The notes under the pieces: generated by a model
Told to the model about the DNA's origin: nothing
What the model saw: only the letters and a program-made list of their open reading frames with translations
Databases searched by the model: none
In this document: positions 57,615 to 64,000 of the stretch, one piece after another
How positions within the stretch are numbered: position 1 is the stretch's first letter
How the letters are laid out: the number at the start of each line of letters is the position of its first letter
Position numbers and translations under genes: made by a program
Assembly: GCA_016717265.1 (NCBI GenBank)
Contig: JADKFX010000001.1
Span: 1,590,387-1,654,386 of the forward strand
Origin: Saprospiraceae bacterium
GTDB lineage: Bacteria > Bacteroidota > Bacteroidia > Chitinophagales > Saprospiraceae
DNA: 64,000 nt
Reading direction: 5' to 3'

Positions 57615-58385
57615 GTGAAATTAATACAGATATTTGTTTGGATTTGTTTTTCGAGTATTGTTATCGCACAATCTAAAGCGATTATGGAGTCACCAAAGAC
57701 TGTCCGTAAAGGTATTATATATAAAAAAGAATGGTCTATCGATGCTGCAATTCATACAAATGGGTATTATTTGGGATTTAATAAGGCAAAAATAAAGAAT
57801 TTCCATACGACTACATTTTTTCATACGGATTTAGGATTTTTATATCATCCTAAAGAAACCCGGTCTTCCAGACCTAATAATGTGGGTCTAAAAAGTTTTA
57901 ATTCTTACAAGTTTGGTAAGCAAAATCAACTTCTGAGCGTGCGATTAGGCAGAGGGATTATCAAAACATTGAGTGAGAAAGCCAGAACAAAAGGTATTGC
58001 AATTGGTTATAGACTTGAAGGCGGCATAGATTTAGGGATTTTAAAACCTTATTATTTGAAAGTCCTAGACGAACGGGATGGAAGTTTTCGAATAAAGGAT
58101 ATCAAATATTCAGATAATCCTGAAGATTTTCTGGATCCAAATCACATATTAGGTTCTTCGGGATTTTTTAGAGGAATAACTGAACTAAGTGTAATTCCTG
58201 GAGTCTATGGAAGAGCTGCAGTCCGCTTTGATTTTGGAGCCTTCGAAAAAATGATTCGATGTTTAGAAGCAGGCGTTCAAATTGACCTCTATTCAAAAAG
58301 ACCTGCTATTATGATTAACTCGCTCAATCCACTGCAGTATATAAACTTTTATATAAATCTACAGTTAGGTAAAAGGCAGACTTAA
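57615..58385 (+). CDS. Hypothetical secreted or outer-membrane protein
   Basis: It has the signal peptide 'IFVWICFSSIVIAQS' and beta-rich composition. No family was recognised. Confidence 0.45.
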   Translation: MKLIQIFVWICFSSIVIAQSKAIMESPKTVRKGIIYKKEWSIDAAIHTNGYYLGFNKAKIKNFHTTTFFHTDLGFLYHPKETRSSRPNNVGLKSFNSYKFGKQNQLLSVRLGRGIIKTLSEKARTKGIAIGYRLEGGIDLGILKPYYLKVLDERDGSFRIKDIKYSDNPEDFLDPNHILGSSGFFRGITELSVIPGVYGRAAVRFDFGAFEKMIRCLEAGVQIDLYSKRPAIMINSLNPLQYINFYINLQLGKRQT

Positions 58386-58429
58386 GATGTAATTTTTTTA
58401 TTCTGCATATTTATAAAACACAATTCTAA

Positions 58430-59305
58430 ATGATTGAACTTGAGCTTATAGCTGCTTCAGAAGCCAAACCTAGAAGACCCGAATGGCTTAGAGTTCGATT
58501 GCCAATTGGAGAAGATTACCGAAGGGTTAGAGCACTCGTCGATGAGTATAAACTGCATACTATATGTCAAAGTGGTAATTGCCCAAATATGGGTGAATGC
58601 TGGGGTGCTGGTACAGCAACCTTTATGATTTTAGGAAATGTATGTACCCGATCGTGTAGTTTTTGTGCAGTCAAAACTGGAAGACCTACAGAATATGATA
58701 CCGATGAGCCGAGAAGGGTTGCAGAAGCAATTCGACTTATGAACGTTAAACATGCCGTTATTACATCTGTAAATCGGGATGAATTAGCAGATCGCGGTGC
58801 TGAAATTTGGTATCAGACCATTATAACTGTGAAAAAAGAATGCCCAGAAACAACAATTGAAACTTTAATACCTGATGTAAAAGCAAATTGGGATGCATTG
58901 GAACGGATGATTAGTGCTGGTCAGGAAGTGGTTTCTCATAATATGGAAACCGTTGAACGATTATATCGCATGGTTCGTCCCCAAGCTAAATATCAACGAA
59001 GCCTTGAACAAATTAGGCGAATTAAAGAATTTGGTAAAAGAACGAAAACAGGAATTATGCTTGGTTTAGGTGAAGAAAAAGCAGAAGTGTTAAAAGCTAT
59101 GGATGATTTGCTAATAAGTGGCTGTGATGTCTTAACTTTGGGCCAATATCTCCAACCAACCAAAATGCATCTGGAAGTTGCAAATTTTGTACATCCGGAT
59201 CAGTTTGCAGAATATAAGGAGATTGGCTTAACTAAAGGTTTTCGTTATGTGGAAAGTGGACCTATGGTGAGAAGTAGTTATCATGCAGAACGTCACTTGG
59301 CTTAA
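58430..59305 (+). CDS. lipA: Lipoyl synthase
   Basis: It has '[13 protein letters not shown]' and the radical-SAM motif '[10 protein letters not shown]'. '[10 protein letters not shown]', '[10 protein letters not shown]' and 'RSSYHAE' are also present. Confidence 0.95.
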   Translation: MIELELIAASEAKPRRPEWLRVRLPIGEDYRRVRALVDEYKLHTICQSGNCPNMGECWGAGTATFMILGNVCTRSCSFCAVKTGRPTEYDTDEPRRVAEAIRLMNVKHAVITSVNRDELADRGAEIWYQTIITVKKECPETTIETLIPDVKANWDALERMISAGQEVVSHNMETVERLYRMVRPQAKYQRSLEQIRRIKEFGKRTKTGIMLGLGEEKAEVLKAMDDLLISGCDVLTLGQYLQPTKMHLEVANFVHPDQFAEYKEIGLTKGFRYVESGPMVRSSYHAERHLA

Positions 59306-59405
59306 TTCCCCATGAATGAAAGCTTTGGTATCATTTTCACAATATCAAATCAAGAATTCTTTTGTTTTTATTTTGACACGAAACGTGGAAAAGCTATTTA
59401 GAAAA

Positions 59406-62400
59406 ATGCTTATGAGATTTTGTTTATTATTTAGTTTAATACTCTGGAGTTCAATAGGATACTCCCAAAATTATATTGTTAATTCTGTAAATGATCTGGA
59501 TGACGGTGTTTGTGATGCTGTTCATTGTAGTTTTAGAGAAGCTGTAAAAGCAGCTGAAGCAGATGGAGTAGCAAGTATAATTACTTTTGGTATTTCAGGT
59601 CCTGGTCCTTTTTTAATTAGTCCCACGATGTCTTTTCCAAATATTTTGCAAACGGATTTGACAATTATTGGAGAGTCTCAACCAAGCCCACCGGGTTCTA
59701 TAATTATTGATTTTAATTTCCGTAATTTTATGGGCGTTCCTTTTTGGACGATTCAAGCTTCCAGATTTATTATTAGTGGTATAACTTTTAGAGAATTCTT
59801 ATATGAAAATTTAGGCGACCATATTTTTAAAATTGGGGACCTCGGTTTAACAGCAGATAATTGTACTCTTAGAAATTGTTCTTTCTATGATGATAATTCT
59901 TTGTTTCCACTTTTACCTAAGGAAATAATTCTGGTAAATGACGCAGATAATGTCGTTATTTCAAATAATAAATTTGCAACGGACGTGAATATTTCATCCA
60001 TCTTTAAACTAGATGGTTATTTAACAATTGATGCGAATATTGGCACAAGAAAAGTGAGCATAGATTCAAATATTTTTGCGAATAAAATTCAGATGATTGA
60101 AATATCAGGAGGGGATGTATCAATCAATAAAAATATTTTTGGAGCTTTAGATACCAATAAAGCAGTTAATTTTTTAGTACCTGATATTGGAATCCGATCT
60201 TTAAGTTCCGATAAACTAACCATCCATGATAATTTTTTCTTTGGGATTCAAAAGAATGCCATTTTACAAACGCAATCAAATCGGGATGTTGTGATTTCTA
60301 AAAATCGATTTTATAATAATATAGAGGATATTAACACGACTTCCAATCCGAATAGTAATGTATTATTAATTGATAACACCGCACGGGATGGAAGGCAATT
60401 TGTTACATCAAGTGGTAATCCTGAGATTTATTTTGAACGAAATAATATTAATAATTATGATTCTGTTTTTACAAATTTAAATGATCCACTCACGCGTAAA
60501 GTGAGACATATTGATAACCGGATGACCTGTATCAATGATAAGTTGATCATCCTGAATCCGGCATTATTTCCATCGCATCCGGTACCTGTTATTTCAAGTG
60601 TAAATCGCAATCAAATTACCGGAACAGGAAATCCAAATGATAGTATTGTTGTCTACTCTAATAACCGCCTACTTTGCCCAAATGCTATTTGTCAAGGAGG
60701 AAGTGAATTAGGTAGGACTCAAGCAGATGCTTCAGGTAATTGGATCTTAAATGCTACCTATCCAAATCGAACTTCAATTTCTGCATTTCAATTTATTAAT
60801 AATCCAAATACAAGACCAACTATCTATTCTGAGTTTTCTAATTGTTATCAATGCTCAGGTCAAGTTAAAATTAATTTTAACCCTTCAATATGTGCAGGTC
60901 AAATAATTAATTTTAGAGGCAAAAATTATTCGCAAGCAAATCCTAAAGATTCCATTTTTGTGAGGGGTGACGGAGTCAGTATCTGTGATTCTGTAATTCT
61001 TGTAAATGTTGGTATTAATAGCAATTTTCGTTCAAGTTTGAATGTTGCAATATGTTATCAAGATACCCTTAGATTTGGTACCGTAGAAATTCATAAAGAT
61101 CATCTTGTGGATTCTTTACTTCTAAAATCAACTGCGGGTTGCGATAGTATTATTACAATTACCGGAAGAGAAGTAGGGTTGGATAGTATTACCCAAACAA
61201 TTTGTGATAATGCTTCCATAACTATTTTTGGAACCCGTTTTGACAAAAATAATACGAGCGGTGTAGCGAGAGGAATTGGACAAGCAGTTTCTGGTTGTGA
61301 TAGTGTAGTGTTTGTAAGTTTGAAAATCAATAATTTTACAGAATTCTTTTTGAATGCTGTATTGTGTCCTGGAAAGGATACCTTAGTACAAGGTCAATTG
61401 TTTAATCAGGCAAGACCAAAAGGAGATGTTCCGTTGCCCGGCGGTTCTAGTACCGGTTGCGATAGTATAATCCATGTAGATTTGTTATATCCAAATAATA
61501 TCGGTTCGTTTTCAACGACCATATGTCCGGGAGATAGTGTATTGGTTGTAAATCGTTTTTTTAGTGATCAAAATCCAACTGGACAAATCATTATTCCTAA
61601 TGGATCTAGTTTTGGATGTGATACCATTATCAATGTTGCCATCACCGTTTTGCCAAATGCTATGGGCTTTTTTAATGCTGAAATTTGTAGAGGAGATACC
61701 TTGATATTAGGGAGCCAAAGAGAAATCTTTTTCTCTGGAAAACTTACCGGCACGTTAAGAGAAAACAATGGGGCTGCCAATGGTTGTGATAGTTTGGTTC
61801 GAGTTCAATTGAGTGAGATTCAGGATGCAATTGGAAAATTTGATACCGTTTTATGTGATCAACAAACAGTAACATATGAAGGTGAGACATTTTCAAAATC
61901 CAGACCTCGGGGCAGTTTTAAAATTCTAAATGCATCTTCGAGAATGTGTGACAGTTTTGTCAATGTCAATATTACGTTTATTCCACAAACAATTGGGTTT
62001 TTCAGTCCAATGATTTGTTCTAAAGATAGTATAAGAGTTGGAAATCAGTTTTTTTCAGCTAGGAATCCCACAGGTCAAATTCCTTTAATTTCAGCTGCTG
62101 GTTGCGATAGTATTTTAAATGTTTCAGTGCATATTAATCCAATTATTCAGGCTCAATTTGAACCAAAGGAATTAAAATGCAATGCAGCAAATACCGGAGA
62201 ACTTATTATCAATACTATAACTGGAGGTTCTGGCACATTTAAAGTTTCCATTGATAATGGCCCAACTTTAAATTTTACATCAGGACAAACAATTGGAAAT
62301 TTAGCTCAAGGGAATCATACCATTCGGATTATTGATCAACTTTCATGTGATACTAGTTTTACGTTTACAATAAATAATTCACAGAGTTTATTTTTACAAT

Positions 62401-62921
62401 TACCAAATGATACTACAATTAAATTGGGAAATGCTGTAAACATAAATGCATCGGCCAATTTTAATCCTTCAATAATCACCTGGGATCCAACTTTATTTTT
62501 AAGTTGTACTAATTGTTTGAACCCTCAGTCGAAACCAGATCAGACGGTGACTTATATGTTGACCTTAGAAGATGATAAAGGTTGTATCATTAAGGACAAT
62601 ATGACAATTACAGTATTGGTTGATGAAGCAGATATTTTTGTTCCAAATGTATTTTCACCAAATGGTGATAATATTAATGATTTTTTTAATCCTGTATTTA
62701 AATTTCCCGAAAAAACTTCCATCCTAGTATTTAGGATATTTGACAGATGGGGAAATATGGTATATGAGAAATTAAATGGGGCTATAGGGGACCCATTTCC
62801 CTGGGATGGAAAATTCCAGGCTGAAAAATTAAACCCGGGGGTTTATACTTATGCCATTCAATATGCAGGAGAAGATAAGGTTGGGAAGTGGAAAACGGGT
62901 GATTTGACTTTGCTTAGATAG
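59406..62921 (+). CDS. T9SS type-B cargo: CSLREA-type N-terminus, beta-helix, about eight Cys-containing 'GCDS' repeats, SprB-like repeat and gliding-motility C-terminal domain
   Basis: A signal 'MLMRFCLLFSLILWSSIGYSQ' follows the ATG at 59406, then 'DDGVCDAVHCSFREAV'. Beta-helix rungs include 'ISNNKF', 'IDSNIF', 'INKNIF', 'IHDNFF' and 'ISKNRF'. Repeated '(S/A/T)GCDS(I/V)' motifs follow. The CTD is 'IFVPNVFSPNGDNINDFF...IFDRWGNMVY...NPGVYTY...GDLTLLR'. Confidence 0.85.
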   Translation: MLMRFCLLFSLILWSSIGYSQNYIVNSVNDLDDGVCDAVHCSFREAVKAAEADGVASIITFGISGPGPFLISPTMSFPNILQTDLTIIGESQPSPPGSIIIDFNFRNFMGVPFWTIQASRFIISGITFREFLYENLGDHIFKIGDLGLTADNCTLRNCSFYDDNSLFPLLPKEIILVNDADNVVISNNKFATDVNISSIFKLDGYLTIDANIGTRKVSIDSNIFANKIQMIEISGGDVSINKNIFGALDTNKAVNFLVPDIGIRSLSSDKLTIHDNFFFGIQKNAILQTQSNRDVVISKNRFYNNIEDINTTSNPNSNVLLIDNTARDGRQFVTSSGNPEIYFERNNINNYDSVFTNLNDPLTRKVRHIDNRMTCINDKLIILNPALFPSHPVPVISSVNRNQITGTGNPNDSIVVYSNNRLLCPNAICQGGSELGRTQADASGNWILNATYPNRTSISAFQFINNPNTRPTIYSEFSNCYQCSGQVKINFNPSICAGQIINFRGKNYSQANPKDSIFVRGDGVSICDSVILVNVGINSNFRSSLNVAICYQDTLRFGTVEIHKDHLVDSLLLKSTAGCDSIITITGREVGLDSITQTICDNASITIFGTRFDKNNTSGVARGIGQAVSGCDSVVFVSLKINNFTEFFLNAVLCPGKDTLVQGQLFNQARPKGDVPLPGGSSTGCDSIIHVDLLYPNNIGSFSTTICPGDSVLVVNRFFSDQNPTGQIIIPNGSSFGCDTIINVAITVLPNAMGFFNAEICRGDTLILGSQREIFFSGKLTGTLRENNGAANGCDSLVRVQLSEIQDAIGKFDTVLCDQQTVTYEGETFSKSRPRGSFKILNASSRMCDSFVNVNITFIPQTIGFFSPMICSKDSIRVGNQFFSARNPTGQIPLISAAGCDSILNVSVHINPIIQAQFEPKELKCNAANTGELIINTITGGSGTFKVSIDNGPTLNFTSGQTIGNLAQGNHTIRIIDQLSCDTSFTFTINNSQSLFLQLPNDTTIKLGNAVNINASANFNPSIITWDPTLFLSCTNCLNPQSKPDQTVTYMLTLEDDKGCIIKDNMTITVLVDEADIFVPNVFSPNGDNINDFFNPVFKFPEKTSILVFRIFDRWGNMVYEKLNGAIGDPFPWDGKFQAEKLNPGVYTYAIQYAGEDKVGKWKTGDLTLLR

Positions 62922-63024
62922 ACCAAAAAAAAGTAGGGCAATTTCCTTTTTGAGCGGTCCAAATTTTACAGCTTTCAATCAATAGCTGCTGTATGAATTT
63001 AGCAGCATATTTGTATTTCAAATT

Positions 63025-64000
63025 TTATTTTGTGCTAAATAATAATTTATACATTTTTTTATAGATCTCCGTATTTTCATAAATTCCTGAGAATAATTCA
63101 GCCCCTGGTCCAAAAGCAAAAACAGGAATTAAATCAGCAGTATGATTTTTTGAAGTAAAAGAAGTCTTTAATTCTCCAAATTTTTTACCGGAATTTATTG
63201 AAAACCCACCGGTCTCATGGTCGGCTGTTATAATGACTAAAGTATTTTGATCAAGTTGCGCGAAATCAAGTGCATGTTTAATAGCCTGATCAAAATCTAA
63301 TACTTCGGTAATAATATAATTCGCATCATTTGCATGTCCACCCCAATCTATTTGAGAGCCTTCAACCATTAAAAAAAATCCTTTTTCAGATTTTAATTTT
63401 AAAAAATCAATTGCGTCTTTGGTTGCTTTAGGTAAATATTTCCTTCCATTTGAAACAGGCAATGGATCTCCATCTGCTGTAAAATAAACAATTTTATTAG
63501 CAACTGGGAACGTCCAATTATCAAAATCTTGCTCAAAATAATCAGTTACCAGATAATCATGATCTCTCAAATCAGTAATCAAATTCAAACTATCATTGTT
63601 TCTTCGATCAAAATATTTTTTGCCGCCACCAATTATTAAATCTATATCCGTTTTTAGTAAATCCAAAGCAATGTTTTCATATTCGTCACGGTCTGTTTGA
63701 TGTGAAAAGAACGCTGCAGGTGTGGCATGTACAATAGTGGAAGTAACGACCAAGCCGGTGGCGAAACCTTTTGATTCAGCTTCTTCCAAAATGGTCTGAT
63801 GTGATCTGTTTAAAGAATCTAAACCTAAATGTCCATTTTTAGTTTTCATTCCAATTGAAAAAGCATTTGCGCCTGCTGCGGAATCTGTTATTAAATTATC
63901 GGATGAATGCGCTTTGTGAAGTCCAATGTGAGAGCATCGCTCTAATTCTAATTTATTATTATTGGAATACATACCTGCGGTTATCTGACTTAAGCCCATA
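63025..64000 (-). CDS. Alkaline phosphatase (PhoA family), N-terminus outside the window
   Basis: The active-site region is 'ITDSAAGANAF', with metal ligands in 'QIDWGGHAND' and 'ITADHETGG'. The ORF runs off the right edge of the window. Confidence 0.85.
   Translation of the reverse strand, partial: MGLSQITAGMYSNNNKLELERCSHIGLHKAHSSDNLITDSAAGANAFSIGMKTKNGHLGLDSLNRSHQTILEEAESKGFATGLVVTSTIVHATPAAFFSHQTDRDEYENIALDLLKTDIDLIIGGGKKYFDRRNNDSLNLITDLRDHDYLVTDYFEQDFDNWTFPVANKIVYFTADGDPLPVSNGRKYLPKATKDAIDFLKLKSEKGFFLMVEGSQIDWGGHANDANYIITEVLDFDQAIKHALDFAQLDQNTLVIITADHETGGFSINSGKKFGELKTSFTSKNHTADLIPVFAFGPGAELFSGIYENTEIYKKMYKLLFSTK

Noticed and set aside
59316-59405. A longer N-terminus (start at 59316) for the CSLREA/T9SS protein, and similarly extended ORF-track starts at 47564, 54366, 6320, 2453, 12421, 51773, 19326 and 23790
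   Set aside because: Most of these extended starts are non-ATG codons (TTG or GTG); 59316, 47564 and 23790 are ATG starts, so for them only the next argument applies. Most of the extensions precede an internal ATG that opens a clean signal peptide or the conserved N-terminus. The shorter starts are reported instead. This is a judgement call without experimental support.

Overview
This is a low-GC, densely coding chromosomal segment, about 50 genes plus one tRNA. It is almost certainly from a Bacteroidota bacterium. The evidence is four predicted type IX secretion (T9SS) cargo proteins (three with type-B 'PNVFSPNGDNINDxF' C-terminal domains and one with a type-A tail), SprB-type repeats, a DUF4199 protein, TAnnTTTG-like -7 boxes and frequent ATGA start/stop overlaps.

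Most genes are housekeeping: the paaZ 3' end, uvrC, galE, hemW, lipA, corA, queE, gmhA/gmhB, glycosyltransferases, a dihydroorotase-like gene and tRNA-Leu(CAA). No transposase, integrase, CRISPR array or rRNA was seen.

The most unusual content, in rough order of interest:
1. 30051-33369: two diverged SET-domain/ATP-grasp modules lie side by side. One is a split, overlapping gene pair and the other is a single fusion protein with the domain order reversed. This is my best candidate for an uncharacterised protein- or peptide-modification or small-molecule ligation/methylation system.
2. 52741-52908: a 24-unit heptanucleotide tandem array with 11 perfect AACTATT units sits immediately upstream of a deoxyhypusine-synthase-like gene, inside an arginine decarboxylase / agmatinase / DHS-like polyamine cluster.
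3. 19330-28151: two tandem 1,470-aa-class T9SS type-B adhesin-like paralogs are coupled by an ATGA overlap. A third, differently built CSLREA/beta-helix/Cys-repeat cargo lies at 59406-62921.
4. 43926-47231: a stand-alone 1101-aa PD-(D/E)xK nuclease + Upf1/Dna2-like SF1 helicase.
5. 1418-5205: an AraC / TonB-dependent receptor / HmuY-like locus whose HmuY-like lipoprotein contains no histidine.
6. 38864-40162: a dihydroorotase-like protein that lacks the HxH metal motif.

All functional calls rest on motifs I recognise in the supplied translations. No database search was possible.
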